Assembly (NCBI GenBank): GCA_963714275.1
Contig: CAVQNT010000006.1
Coordinates: 288,001-352,000 of the forward strand
Source of the DNA: Candidatus Bathyarchaeota archaeon
GTDB taxonomy: Archaea > Thermoproteota > Bathyarchaeia > Bathyarchaeales > DTEX01
DNA length: 64,000 nucleotides
Reading direction: 5' to 3'
Shown: piece by piece, positions 1 to 12,144 of the stretch
How positions within the stretch are numbered: position 1 is the first letter of the stretch
How the letters are laid out: each line of letters opens with the position of its first letter
Notes under the pieces: model-generated
Database searches by the model: none
What the model was told of the DNA's origin: nothing
Seen by the model: only the letters and a program-made list of their open reading frames with translations
Position numbers and translations under genes: made by a program

Positions 1-130
1 AAACTAGGACCGTCGTGAACTCCACAACGTTAGGAAGCGAAAACAATGACGAAACCTTAACATACCCGATAACAACACACAGGGCAGAAAAGACCGATAT
101 TAACGCCACGTCTTTTGCTTTCAATCGCAT
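1..130 (-). CDS. ECF transporter S-component-like membrane protein (N-terminus only, runs off window)
   Basis: Manual translation MRLKAKDVALISVFSALCVVIGY.. matches the typical S-component N-terminus. Confidence 0.55.
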   Translation of the reverse strand, partial: MRLKAKDVALISVFSALCVVIGYVKVSSLFSLPNVVEFTTVLV

Positions 131-259
131 AATCGGATGGATAATCCATCCAATATATAAATTTTATCATCAAAAAAATGAACGATAAAAAAACAGTTGA
201 TCTTGAAAAGTTTTTATTTCCGCCTAAACATTTGAAAGGTCAACCAAGAGGGACCTAAA

Positions 260-1120
260 ATCGTAACTTCAGAACGGACGATTGAGCAGCTGACCGGCGA
301 GCTTCGATGCCTTAAAGGCTGAGAGGAACAAGCTGAACGATGAAGCCCGAACTTGGGCTGACAAACGTGACAAGCTTCACGAGGAAATCCAGAAGCTGAG
401 GCTGGAGGTAAAAGGCTTCAGGGGCAAACGTGACGAACTAAACGCTGAAATCCAGTTTCTAAAAACCTTGAAAGAGGAGCGGAGGGAAAAACGGGCGGAC
501 GCCATTGAGCAGCTTAAAGGTCAAAGGCTGAAGATCAAGGCTACGTCAACAACGAAAGCAACGCGAAGCTCAAAATCGTTAGAAGATGAAATAGCTGAGA
601 TTGATTGGATTATCCAGACCGAGTCGCATTCTTTGGAAGAAGAAAAAAGCTTGTAGACCAAGTGAAGGCTCTGGAAATTCAGTTACAAGCCCATAAGAAA
701 ATTGAACAATTAAAAGGCAAAATTTATGGTTTAAGCGCTGAAGCGCAGACATTGAAAGAGGTAATTAAAACTGACAGCGACAAGATTCTTGAATTGGCAG
801 AACAAAGCCAGAAGTTCCACGAAAAGATGATTAAGGGCTTAGAAAAAACCAAGACTCTTAGAATGGAAGCTGACGAAAACCACCGTAAATACGTGGAAAA
901 TAGGGAAAAAGCGAAAGCGTGCCACTCTAAGTTTGTGGAAAAGCTGGAGCAGGTTAAGGCTCTTTTTGCAGCAATCCGACAAAAAGAGGAAGAGGAAAAA
1001 TCCAGACATCAGGCGAACCTCAAAAAACAGGTCGAAGATGAAGCCCTAGAAAAGCTGAAACAGGGCAAGAAGCTCAGCTTCGATGAGTTCAAGATTCTGG
1101 CTGAGCAAGGAAAAATCTAA
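260..1120 (+). CDS. Archaeal coiled-coil protein (COG1340-like), frameshifted
   Basis: ORFs 468-656 and 605-1120 join; E/K-rich heptads ending in KLKQGKKLSFDEFKIL; start approximate. Confidence 0.7.
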
Positions 1121-1217
1121 TATTAAAAAAGGCACAAAAGCGAGCATGTTATCACTGCTATTTGGCATCTGATGGATATATGAGTCTATAAGATTTATTG
1201 GGAAGAACCCCCATATC

Positions 1218-2477
1218 TTGTGCTTGAGCTCATGTGGGAAAAGGTTAATGGCGAAACCTGAAGAGCAAAAATCCGAGCGTCTCCTTATTTTGTGCGTTGA
1301 CCGAGATAACGACATAGGAAAAAAAACGCACATTGTGACCCCGATTGTAGGCAAAAAAGACAACATGGACTCAGCCCTTAAACTCATTCTCGCAGATCCG
1401 GAAGAGGCAGACGCCAACGCGATGTTCGAAGCGATAAGAGTGTTCGACAACCTTCAACAGGACCGAACGACAAACGACATCTACGAAATCGCCACCATAG
1501 CTGGCTCGGAACTCGGAGGAGTCTCAGCGGACCGAAAACTCGTCTCAGAGCTTACCGATGTCCTGAAAAGGTTCCAGGCAGACGGCTTAATTCTTGTCAC
1601 CGACGGGTTCTCAGACGAGGACATCATGCCTTTGATTCAGTCGAGGGTTCCTGTTTCTTCCGTGCGGAGAGTGATCGTGAAACACAGCGAGTCAATCGAG
1701 GAAACAGCCGCAGTCTTCTCGAAATACTGGAAAATGATCATGGAAGACCCACGGTACTCAAGGATTGTACTTGGATTACCCGGTATATTGCTGATTGCAG
1801 CGGGCATACTGGGTTATTTGGGCACATTCATACAATTTAACATTTACACTTGGACCGCGATCGTTGGGCTTATTATATTGGGCAGTTATCTAGTCGGTAA
1901 GGGGTATGGGCTTGACCATAAAATTTCGGAAGCTTTGTCCCGTCCGTACCATTACACGATTTCGGGTCTAGTAACAAACTTTGCGTTGATCGCAGGATTT
2001 CTTTTAGCCGGCGTTAGCCTCTATCAGGCATGGTCTTACATCAGTGCAACCTACAGCATTGGTTTTGAGTTCCCAATTGACACGGGAAAACTTTTGGAGC
2101 TTCTGCCACAAATAATCGGTTGGCTAATTGCAAAATCTGCAACTTTAGTCATCATCGGAGTCTGCGTGTCACTTGCGGGTAGGTCGGTTGGGTACATTTT
2201 GGACCATGATTCAAGGTTCTGGAGGACTACAGCTCTCGTAATCATCGCAGCATGGTCATGGACAATCCTCACCGAGGTTTCGTTAGTTATCCTGAATCCT
2301 TCGAGACCCACGGATGCACTTGTCGCCTCAACGATTGTGGGCATAATCGTCATAGTTGCTTCAGGACTTGGCACCCATTTCTTGGGCAGAAGATACCAGA
2401 ACATACTCAAAGACAGAGTGAAGAACAGAAAGAAACCAACGAAAAACAAGAAAAGGTCGAACCGAAGTAACCATTGA
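1218..2477 (+). CDS. DUF373 family membrane protein
   Basis: LILCVDRDNDIGKK, ADPEEADAN and VTDGFSDE motifs followed by TM helices. Confidence 0.9.
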   Translation: MCLSSCGKRLMAKPEEQKSERLLILCVDRDNDIGKKTHIVTPIVGKKDNMDSALKLILADPEEADANAMFEAIRVFDNLQQDRTTNDIYEIATIAGSELGGVSADRKLVSELTDVLKRFQADGLILVTDGFSDEDIMPLIQSRVPVSSVRRVIVKHSESIEETAAVFSKYWKMIMEDPRYSRIVLGLPGILLIAAGILGYLGTFIQFNIYTWTAIVGLIILGSYLVGKGYGLDHKISEALSRPYHYTISGLVTNFALIAGFLLAGVSLYQAWSYISATYSIGFEFPIDTGKLLELLPQIIGWLIAKSATLVIIGVCVSLAGRSVGYILDHDSRFWRTTALVIIAAWSWTILTEVSLVILNPSRPTDALVASTIVGIIVIVASGLGTHFLGRRYQNILKDRVKNRKKPTKNKKRSNRSNH

Positions 2478-2623
2478 CCAAAAATATCTTATTAGGTGAA
2501 TATGTCATCATAAACTATGTTATAATTCATAAGGTTTTAATGGAAGTTCCATTATATGCCTAAAGTCTGTAACATTCATTTCGTTTATTCCATAAAGGAT
2601 ATTGTAATCGGAGATCCAGTATA

Positions 2624-3406
2624 ATGCTGAAAAGTCTGCTGTCAGCTTTAGGCGTTTATCGAATATACGAAAAGTGGCTTTTTGAACAAATCAAGAGCCA
2701 GCCAAAACCCGAGCATATAGCCATTATTCTGGATGGGAACCGAAGATGGGCGCAGAATCATTCCATGAACCCTAACGTTGGTCACTATTATGGTGCTGAC
2801 AAAACCGAAAAAGTGTTGAGATGGTGCCTCAACCTCGGAGTGAAGACGGTAACCTTCTACGCTTTCTCCACAGAAAACTTCACACGGTCGCCTGACGAAG
2901 TCAATGAACTCATGGGTTTATTCGATGAAAAGCTTCACCAAATTCTGGAAGACGAAGACATCCACAAGTACAAAGTTCGGGTGAAAGCCATTGGAAGACT
3001 GAACCAACTGCCCGAGAACCTGCAGGACTTAATAATGAAGGTTGAGGAAGCAACCAAGGATTACGATAAACATTTTCTGAACTTAGCCATGGCTTACGGT
3101 GGAAGGGCTGAGATTGTTGACGCTGCGAAGGAAATTGCCCAACACATAGTTGACGGAACTTTATCGCCGAACGAGATAGACGAGGAAGTCTTCGAAAAAC
3201 ACCTTTACACATCGTACCTGCCAAAACAGGACCCAGACCTGATCATCAGAACCTCCGGAGAAGAAAGGTTAAGCGGTTTCCTCTTGTATCAATCAGCCTA
3301 CAGCGAACTTTTTTTCCTCGATGTTTACTGGCCAGAGTTCAGACTCATAGACATTCTGAGAGCCATCAGAACCTTCCAGAAACGGAAAAGACGGTTCGGT
3401 CAATAG
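2624..3406 (+). CDS. uppS: Polyprenyl (undecaprenyl-type) diphosphate synthase
   Basis: HIAIILDGNRRWA, YAFSTENF, DLIIRTSGEERLSGFL. Confidence 0.95.
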   Translation: MLKSLLSALGVYRIYEKWLFEQIKSQPKPEHIAIILDGNRRWAQNHSMNPNVGHYYGADKTEKVLRWCLNLGVKTVTFYAFSTENFTRSPDEVNELMGLFDEKLHQILEDEDIHKYKVRVKAIGRLNQLPENLQDLIMKVEEATKDYDKHFLNLAMAYGGRAEIVDAAKEIAQHIVDGTLSPNEIDEEVFEKHLYTSYLPKQDPDLIIRTSGEERLSGFLLYQSAYSELFFLDVYWPEFRLIDILRAIRTFQKRKRRFGQ

Positions 3407-3408
3407 TT

Positions 3409-4254
3409 TTATTTTACGGTTCTGTAGATGCAACCTGTCATAATGTGTTTTACAGGAACTTCGGGGAATTGTTTCTGTATATAATGTGCGAGCATCTTCA
3501 TTCCTGGTTCCTCTGACGTGGCGTGGTTAACCACAATAATGGGCACTCCTGAATCGTGGGACCACTGCCCAGACTCCCAAATCTCTGTTCCGTCGTCAGT
3601 TACCAATAATACATCAGCTCCTCAAATTGTACATCTCGCGGTAATTAGTAATAGCGCCTGTGCCAACAGTGTATCCTTGAAACAATTTTCTTTTTTGTCA
3701 CCAATCACGTGAACAACATCTTGACCTAAGGGTCTTACTCGCTCCAGAATTTTTCGAGTTAACTCGTCAACTGTGATGTTTCCGACATTGTGGACTTCAT
3801 AAAACATTTTCGATGCCACAGGCTTTCCACTAAAGCCTAACCATTTTGCCCACGCTCCATGTATTCCAGTATCTGGAAAATCGTCCCAGAAATCGTGGCA
3901 CCTGTAAACGGTGAAGCCTTTCTCCTTGAGCCATTCGTGCTTCCTTATCCACACGTCATCCTCTTTGATGGTCATTCCTTTCAGACGTTTCAGGTGATTG
4001 TCGACGAATGGAGTGCCGCCCACTATCTTGCCTTCGTCGTCAACGGTCACAGCGCAGAGAGGCTCATGCGTTACGAACATGTTGCATCCAAAATTCAATG
4101 CCTTTTCAAGGTTAGCAAACGTCGGCATCCACGAAACCGCTATGCCCTTAACTTCCAAGTCTTTATTACCAAAAAGAAATTGGTCAACCGTGTTTTCCCA
4201 GTTAACCCATTTACCAACTTTTTGCATGTGTTTGTGTAGTTCCCAAGCCTTCAT
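3409..4254 (-). CDS. Nif3-like dinuclear metal-centre protein, frameshifted
   Basis: FVTHEP, YRCHDFWD and C-terminal VNHATSEEPGM across ORFs 3622-4320 and 3409-3606. Confidence 0.75.
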
Positions 4255-4351
4255 ACAGCCATTCTCCTTGGTCGGTTGTGTGTACAGGGTATTGTGATAC
4301 AAATAGTTTCCATAAAACATTGCTGACTGATGATACTTTAAACTGTTTTTC

Positions 4352-5560
4352 TTAGGCTCTTTTCTTCGCGCTAATTATGGATATTATGTCCCGGTCCTGA
4401 AGCACATGGTCTTCTCCGCGTCTCATTCTGGTTTTAGCGTCAACTGCATGAATGAAGTTTTCTCCAAGTTCAGTGTGAATTATGTACGCCAGTTCCCTCG
4501 CGGTTGTTCCTTTCGGAATAAGCCTTGCGTCAGGAAGGACCCTGCCATTGTGGTCAGACAGCCTTTCGGTGTCCTCAACGGTATAAACAACTATCATGTC
4601 AAGCAGCTCGAAAAACGCGGTGTTGATAGCTTCTTGAACGCCTGTTGTTCTGTGTTGAAGAACCTTGTCACGGACGATTTCCAAGGCTTTCTTTTGTCTG
4701 TCAACCATATTGGCTGGGTCTTTAACTTCGAAATCTCTGTCTCCTGGCAGATACCTTATCAGCCCCTTCTCGGCTGCTCTTCTTAGAGCCAGCTCAGCCT
4801 CCGCGCAGCACGGAACAACAGTGTGTCCTGTTTCCTTCAATCTTTCAACGTTTTCTTCCGATGGAGACACATCTATTTTGTTCGCAGCAATTAACATTGG
4901 CTTCGAGACAGTTCGTAAAGTATCGACAAATCCAAAGAATTCCTCGTCGTTCCACGTCGTAGGCTTGTCAGCGGGTAACCCCGTTTTGTGCAGAGCTTCC
5001 AAAATGTGTTTACGGTTTATAGAAAGCCCACTAAGCCTTTCTTCCAGAGCAGAAAAAAGGTCCGTCCGTGAGGATTCAACGGTTCTCGCGATTTTGAGCC
5101 AGTCGCGCTTCAAGATTTGGACAATCCACATCGTAATCTCTCTTTCAAGAAACCTGACGTCCTCAAGAGGGTCGTGCGTTCCAGGTTTAACCAGCCTTCC
5201 CTCAAGGTCCGTTGAGCCAGCAGCGTCCACGATGTGGATGAGAGCGTCAGCTTTCCGTACCTCGTCAAGAAACTGGTTTCCCAGTCCTCTTCCCTGCCAA
5301 GCGTCAGGCACAAGCCCAGCTGTGTCGACAAGCTCAACCGGAATCAGCCTTACGCCGTCGATGCATACAGAGTTCACGGGGTTGTCTTTCACGTTGAGTT
5401 CCTTGCAGACGCATTGTGTCCTGAGGTATCCTATTCCGCGGTTAGGCTTAATCGTGGTGAATGGGTAGTTCGCTATCTCAACAGTGGCAAGGGTTGCTGC
5501 GCTGAAAAAAGTAGACTTGCCCACGTTCGGTTTCCCGACGATTCCGACAAGAAACGTTAT
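4352..5560 (-). CDS. ychF: YchF/Obg-family ATPase/GTPase
   Basis: GIVGKPNVGKST, NYPFTTI, DTAGLV and a TGS domain; the frame extends upstream of the ORF-track start to an ATA codon. Confidence 0.92.
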   Translation of the reverse strand: MTFLVGIVGKPNVGKSTFFSAATLATVEIANYPFTTIKPNRGIGYLRTQCVCKELNVKDNPVNSVCIDGVRLIPVELVDTAGLVPDAWQGRGLGNQFLDEVRKADALIHIVDAAGSTDLEGRLVKPGTHDPLEDVRFLEREITMWIVQILKRDWLKIARTVESSRTDLFSALEERLSGLSINRKHILEALHKTGLPADKPTTWNDEEFFGFVDTLRTVSKPMLIAANKIDVSPSEENVERLKETGHTVVPCCAEAELALRRAAEKGLIRYLPGDRDFEVKDPANMVDRQKKALEIVRDKVLQHRTTGVQEAINTAFFELLDMIVVYTVEDTERLSDHNGRVLPDARLIPKGTTARELAYIIHTELGENFIHAVDAKTRMRRGEDHVLQDRDIISIISAKKRA

Positions 5561-5736
5561 TGCAGGTCACCCATCACAAGATTTTGTACGCAACCCAATA
5601 ACTCATCCATACTAATAAAATTGCTTTACATTTAGCCATAATAAGAATAGCGTCAATGATTGGAATCAAGGTTTCATTTATGCATTTTCTTTCAAACGCA
5701 TAAAGGAAATATTGCTAATTTTTTCTTGGTTATGTG

Positions 5737-7127
5737 CTAGGATTTTATTGGGACACTTTTTTCTCTTTTCATTATTTCCTTTGCTACTATGACGCCGCTT
5801 GCGCTTGCCTGAATCAGCCCTCGGGTTACTCCGGCTCCGTCGCCTACTGTGAAAAGGTTCCGAATCCGGGTTTCTAGGCTTTCGTTCAGTTCCAGCCGGG
5901 ATGAATAGAACTTTACCTCAACGCCGTAAAGTAAAGTGTGCTTACTCGACACGCCGGGCGCAACCTTGTCTAAGGCGTCTAGCATCTCACGAATATCCGC
6001 CAAATAACGGTAGGGCAAGACGAAGCTGAGGTCTCCAGGCACCGCGTTCTTCAAGGTTGGCTTCACGACGCTTCTGCCGATGCGTTCTTCTGTTGACCTT
6101 CTGCCCAAGTCCAAGTCACCGAGTCTTTGTATGATGACGCATCCACTCAGCAGGTTCGCGAGACGCGCGATATACTCGCCGTACGCGATGGGCTCCCTGA
6201 ACGGATACGTAAAGGATGTGCTGACCAGAATAGCGAAGTTCGTGTTCTCGGTTTTCCTTTCAGCGTAGCTTTGCCCGTTCACGCTGATTACTCCACCGTA
6301 GGATTCAGTTATAACCTCGCCATATGGTGCCACGCAGAACGTTCTAACTTGGTCGTCGAAAGCCTTTGAATAATAGATGAACTTAGGCTCGTAAAGAATG
6401 TCGGTAAGCTTCTCCATGACGGACGAAAGCGTTTCAACCCTGACTCCGACGTCAACCGGGTTGTTGAGGGTTCTCAAACCTAACGATTGGGCTTCGCACT
6501 TCAGCCATTCTGCACCGACACGTCCCGGCGCCACTATAACGTATTTTCCGACCAGCTTTTCGCTGTCTGCAGTTTCGACGCCTTGAGCCTTCTTGTCTTT
6601 AACTAGTAAGCTTTTCACCTCGGTTCTCGTCCGAACCTCCACACGGTCGTTGAGTTCCCGGCGCATTTTCTGTAGAATCTCGGCGCATTTATCTGTCCCA
6701 AGATGCCTTATTCTCTGACGAATAAGCTTTAACCCAGCTAACGCGCCCTCCCTTTCGATTCTTTCAACCTCATCCTGATCGTTGCCATAGACGGTCGGAG
6801 AATTGCCGTATTTCGTGTAGGTTTTATCAACGTAGTCGAGTAAGCCTGCCAGCGCGTCTTGACCGATATATTCGTCCAGCCAGCCACCTACAGAAGTGGA
6901 AAGCGTAAGCTTACCGTCACTGAAAGCACCTGCGCCGCCCCAACCTGAAAGAAGCATGCATGGATTGCATTTTACGCAGCCTAATCCCCTGCTCGCGGGG
7001 CATTTGCGTTTGTCGATGTCTGGTCCCTGGTCAAGCATGAGTATGCTGAGGTCTGTGTTTTTGGCCACTCAAGAGCCGAAAAGATTCCCGCTGGACCGGC
7101 ACCAACAATTATTACGTCATACGCCAA
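5737..7127 (-). CDS. NAD(P)/FAD-dependent oxidoreductase (COG2509-like), frameshift near N-terminus
   Basis: YDVIIVGAGPAG, GWGGAGAFSDGKL, GDGAGVTRGL. Confidence 0.85.
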
Positions 7128-7297
7128 AACCGATTCTTCCCAGAGTAGATACAACATTGTGGATATATGCTTTTTCTTTTGTTTCACAGTTCAGTTCATT
7201 GCGTTATGTTCGGTTTCGTTGCTGAATCGATTTTTTTTGAGACAATGTGATAACTGTAATATACTTGGCGTGGAATATTCCTTGTCAGTGCATCGTA

Positions 7298-7734
7298 ATG
7301 CAGGAAAATAGTTCAGGCATCATCGTTTTCCGAACTGTTCTCGGACAAAGGCTGTACCTTCTTTTACATTACCATTACAAAGGCGACTACTGGGATTTCC
7401 CTCGCGGTAACATCAGGGAACCCGAGACCCCCAGAATGGCAGCTGATAAGAGAAACAGAAGAAGAAACTGGGCTTTCAGCCAACCAGTCTCAGAATCGTC
7501 GAAGGATTCGAAGAAAACGTCAAATGGTTCTACAGGCTCAACGAGAAAACAGTCCATAAACAGGTCACCTATTTTCTGGCTGAAACCGAAAACGAAGATG
7601 TAAAAATTTCTGAGGAACATGTGGGCGCAAGGTGGCTAAGCTTCGAGGACGCCTTAAGCCTTCTAAAGTACAGAAACTCGAAGAAACTACTGAAAAAAGC
7701 CGAAAATTACCTAAGGAAACTCGAAGAGCTCTAG
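7298..7734 (+). CDS. NUDIX hydrolase (Ap4A hydrolase-like), frameshifted
   Basis: YLLLHY..WDFPRG followed by a frameshifted RETEEETG Nudix box. Confidence 0.75.
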
Positions 7735-7740
7735 TTTGTG

Positions 7741-8951
7741 CTATTTCCAGTCCAGCAGCCTTTTTTCGCCTTCGATTTTTTTGATGTCAGTGATATCCTG
7801 TGTAACTTCTAGGCAACCCAAATATGCACCCTTTCTATCTCTGACTGCAAAGTACCGGATGAGAACAAGCCTGTTTTTAAGGTTTAACCAGAATTCAGCT
7901 ATGTCCCGGTTACCTTTTTTGAAAGCATCCAGAATCTGGTTGACTATATGTATACTTTTCTGGGGATGGCATTGCTGAACCTTGCGTCCCACGATGGCTT
8001 TTGTTCTCACAAAGATTCTTTCTTTGCCTTGACTGAAGTAGCGCACGGTGTCATCCTTGTCCCACGAATGTCAAGTCCATGGGCAACGTGTTAATCATAT
8101 CTTCCAGCTCCGCCATCGAAAACGACCCAGTCTCCAATTGGATGGAACCCGCTAACGCCTGCACAGGAGCTGAAGATTCAGGCTCTTTCATTCCGAAGGT
8201 AATCGGTTGAGGAGTAAGACAGCAGTAACCTATCTCGTCAAACTGTCTTCTTATGTCGATCCACTCGTCCGCGGCAATCACGTTCAATGTTGTTGGGAAA
8301 AGAATGTTGTTTTCCTTGTAGAAGTGGTTTGAAAGCATCTCGCCCAAGGCAAGGGCTGTCTCTTCAAGATTAACCGCAAAATCCTGAAAATTTGACTCAT
8401 TTCTCGTCTTGACTGTTGCGAATAATCCTTTTTCGATTTGCCTAATCCCGTCATGATCCATCCACATAATCGCTGGTGGCTGTGTAACGCCATGCTTCTC
8501 CAAGTGCGGGAAAAGAACGTTCTCTTCCCGCATGTAATGGCTCTCCGACTCCTTCAGATGTTCAACAATGTGGTTCAGATGTTCCATCTCATCTTCTGAG
8601 GCTTGGTAATTACCAGATTTCTTCACTGTTTTTGTAACTTTGTTGAGGTCACCAGCGAACCCTAAAAGGATTTTGTGCTCCTCCATCAGAATCCGTATCG
8701 GGTGACCCTCAGGAGCCTGAATTTTTTCTTTTTCTATTACGTCCTTGAACAGTGCAAGGTGAACCTCGCACAGCCCATGGATTTCCTCGCGGAGCATACC
8801 CTCAGCCACAGCTCTCCTTCTATATGCGCAATTTCGGTGGACGTGACTCCTCCAGTATTTTTTTGAGTTTAGCCTTAGTTACCTCTGGGTCTGCACCTTC
8901 ATGTAAACCTCTAATCAGTTTTTTCAACGCTTCCTTTTTGTCTGCTAACAC
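7741..8951 (-). CDS. DUF438 / hemerythrin / PAS-domain protein, frameshifted
   Basis: LCEVHL, GHPIRILMEEH, HYMREENVLFP, PPAIMWMDHD and PAS GRKVQQCHP across three ORFs. Confidence 0.85.
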
Positions 8952-9052
8952 AAAAAATCCTTCCTTATTCTGCAGAATGATTGCGTGGTCTATTCTTATG
9001 TTATAAGTCATTGGATTCAGATAAATATTTACTGAAAAATTTTTTAGTGAAT

Positions 9053-9892
9053 TTATAGGTCGACAATGCCTTCGAAGGCTTTCTCAGCCGTTCCAGTCAT
9101 AAGGATTCTGTTGTCCCGAAGTTCTATTTTCAAGTCGCCGCCCAAAAGGTGAACAACGCACAAATTGTCAACCTTTCCAAGAATGTTCGCAGCAACTACC
9201 GTCGCACACGCCCCGGTTCCGCATGCCAACGTTTCCCCGACTCCACGTTCCCACACGCGTAATTTAATTTCGTTCCGGTTTAAGATTTGTGCGAACTCAG
9301 CGTTTATTCTTGCAGGAAACATTTTGTGGTTCTCGATTTGGGATCCGACTGTGCCGACAGGGAAGTTTTCTGTGTTGTCGACGAAGATTACGCAGTGCGG
9401 GTTTCCGACTGAAACGCACGTCATTTTGTAGTTGGCGCCTTCCACTTGGAGGTCTTCGTTGACGCATTTCCCGTTTCCGACGACGGGTATCCGCGACCTT
9501 TCAAGGATAGGTTCACCCATGTCAACCGTTACGGAGGAAACTTTGCCTTTTTCTGTGTCCAGCCAGACGGTTTTTACTCCAGCTAAAGTCTCAATTTTTT
9601 GCTCTTTACTGTTGGCTACACCGTTTTCGTAGCAGTATTTGGCGAAGCACCTGACGCCATTTCCAGAGGTTTCGGCTTCGCTTCCGTCGGCGTTGAATAT
9701 CCGCATTTTCGCGTCCGCAACCGACGAGTTGCTTACGACGAGTATTCCGTCTGCGCCTATCGAGAAGTACCTTTTACACAGTTTCTCCGCTGTTTTGCGG
9801 AGCTCTTTTTCTGGAATCTGTCTGTTCCTATTGTCTACGACGACGAAGTCGTTGCCCAGCCCATGCATCTTCCAGAAGCCTATCTTAACCAA
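9053..9892 (-). CDS. dapF: Diaminopimelate epimerase
   Basis: KMHGLGNDF, NADGSEAE(T)SGNG, GNPHCV, WERGVGETLACGTG; first catalytic Cys position reads Ser. Confidence 0.92.
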   Translation of the reverse strand: MVKIGFWKMHGLGNDFVVVDNRNRQIPEKELRKTAEKLCKRYFSIGADGILVVSNSSVADAKMRIFNADGSEAETSGNGVRCFAKYCYENGVANSKEQKIETLAGVKTVWLDTEKGKVSSVTVDMGEPILERSRIPVVGNGKCVNEDLQVEGANYKMTCVSVGNPHCVIFVDNTENFPVGTVGSQIENHKMFPARINAEFAQILNRNEIKLRVWERGVGETLACGTGACATVVAANILGKVDNLCVVHLLGGDLKIELRDNRILMTGTAEKAFEGIVDL

Positions 9893-10003
9893 TCAATGTC
9901 ACACACCAGAAAAAATATGACCTTGATTAACTACTTTTCGGTTCAAGCCTTTCTCAACCGCAAATTTCGGTTTTACGGCTTTTGTATCATGAATAGATTG
10001 CTG

Positions 10004-12017
10004 TCAGACCTGTTTCAAGAGAATCTTAACATCAAAGGAACTCAAATCTATACATCCCTTAATGTTATCGCTTGATAGGAGGTCTCTGAACTCTGTTCCG
10101 TTGCAGGGCACACGCTGACTTCATTATTGTTGTGGTTCAGTGCAAATATAACGCGATGTTCTGAGCTCACTCTTTCTGTCGCTTCAAACCCAGCAACGGA
10201 AGGCAAAATTGGCCTAGCTTTTCCTTGGTTAATGAGCCAATCCACTAAGTCTAGGAGGAAACCTCTTTCAGCGAAGGTTCCCACATAAATCGCTGTTCCT
10301 TTACCGAAGCTGTTGGAAGTGACGGCTGGTTTACCCTTGTAGTTCCCTGTCTTATAGTAAGCAACTGCTCTTGCCTCCTGAGGCGCGAGAATTTCAGCCC
10401 AGTTCCTGCATTCATGAACGTTCTGTTTGCCGAGCTCGGTTTCCACTGTTTCCAGCTTGGCCTTTTCTTCGCCTGGTAGCCCCGTGTATTCTTCTATGGT
10501 TGTTCCGAAAACGTCGGACAGGCATCCGGGCAACGTTTCTTCGGTTATGTTGTTGTTCCAGTTCTTCGCGCCTGTTCTCGGCGTGGCTATTAGGGTGCCC
10601 CCGTCTTTTACGTAGGCTCTCAGTTTCTCCTCGGCCCTCTTGCACAACAGCATCAGCGACGGAACGAACACAACCTTGTATTGTCTTACGTCCTCGAACG
10701 TTGGCTCCACAAAATCGACCAGTATGTTCCTCGCATAAAGGGCGCTGAAGCAGTCCAGCGTCGGCTCCCAGGATGTTTCGCCATAATAGTTTCTGTCTCC
10801 GAGCGGAACTTCTAGGTCCCAAGCCCAGATGTTGTCGTACACGAGCGTTACTGCGACTTCAGGCTTAACCGTTGACCGTTCAATGTAGGGCGTAATCATC
10901 TGTAGTTCTTTCGACGCTTTTTTGACTTCTGCGTACCTTCTTCGTGGGACTCCGTCGTGGTCAAGGATTCCGTGCCAGTATTCTTCAGCTCCCGAACCTG
11001 CATGTTCGCCACCTGAAATAGACTACGCCGTCCGCTCCTCTAGCAACCGACTGGTGTGTCCAAAGCCTAATCTGTCCAGGTAATGGAATGGGTGCCTGAT
11101 TGGAAACAACAGCTCCTGACTGAAGACTCCATAATCCAGTAGGGCTTCTTCTTTAGGCTCCGCATAATGTCGTGGCACATCGCCAAAGGAGCAAGGTCCA
11201 ACTGTGCCCCCCACTTCGGGTAATAGTCAAAGCAGACAAGGTCAAGCGGTTCAGCGAGCCTAAAGTAGTCCAAGCTTTTGTACATGCCCATGAAATTGTG
11301 CGTCACAAACTGGTTAGATGTATATTTGCGGATTACGTCGACCTGCATTTTTTGGTATTTTACCCAAGAATCACTCGTGAAACGCCGCCACTCAAGGTTG
11401 AGGCTTGGGCTCTGCATCGTTGTAGGCGGTCGGGGCGGGTAAATCTCGTCCCATTCTCCGTACTGTTGCCCCCAAAACGTGAGCCCGCACTCCTCGTTCA
11501 ACTTCTCTAGAGAACCGTACTTGGCTTTCAACCAGTCTCTGAAGGCATCTACACAATTTTTGCAGTAACAGGGGTCGCCCATGAACTCGTTGTCTACTTG
11601 CCAGCCTACGACGTTCGGGTTGTCCTTGTAATGAAGGACCATGGCTTCTGCGATTCGTCTCGAAAGCTGGTTGTAGGCAGGATTGTTGGGACAATAGTTC
11701 TTCCTTGTTCCTTCAGGCGCTCTTCTGCCATAACCGTCAACCCGCAGAATGTCGGGATGAGCCTTAATTATCCAAGGAGGAGGAGCAGCCGTAGGAGTGC
11801 CCAGAACCGCTTTGATGCCTTTTCCTGAAAGAGTTTCTATGGCTTTGTCTAACCATTCAAAACTGTATTCGCCTTTTCTCAGCTCCATTTTGCTCCACGC
11901 GAACTCAGCGAGCCGAACAACGTTGAATCCAGCCTCATTCATCATGGCAGCGTCTTTTGGCCACCTTTTTTCTGACCAATGTTCAGGATAATAGTCTATT
12001 CCAAATGGGAAAGACAA
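10004..12017 (-). CDS. Beta-galactosidase, GH42 family, frameshifted
   Basis: DYYPEHW, AEFAWS, GTPTAAPP, WQVDNE, THNFMG and a trimerisation domain. Confidence 0.9.
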
Positions 12018-12144
12018 CGGAATTTCGCTCCAAACTTGTTCTTTGACAACTCATAAGCAACCAACCCAAATAATACTTTTCACCAATAATCAGCATTAAC
12101 CAAAATGGCGAACAGGTTTAAGTGTAAAAAAGGTCCTAGTTTTC

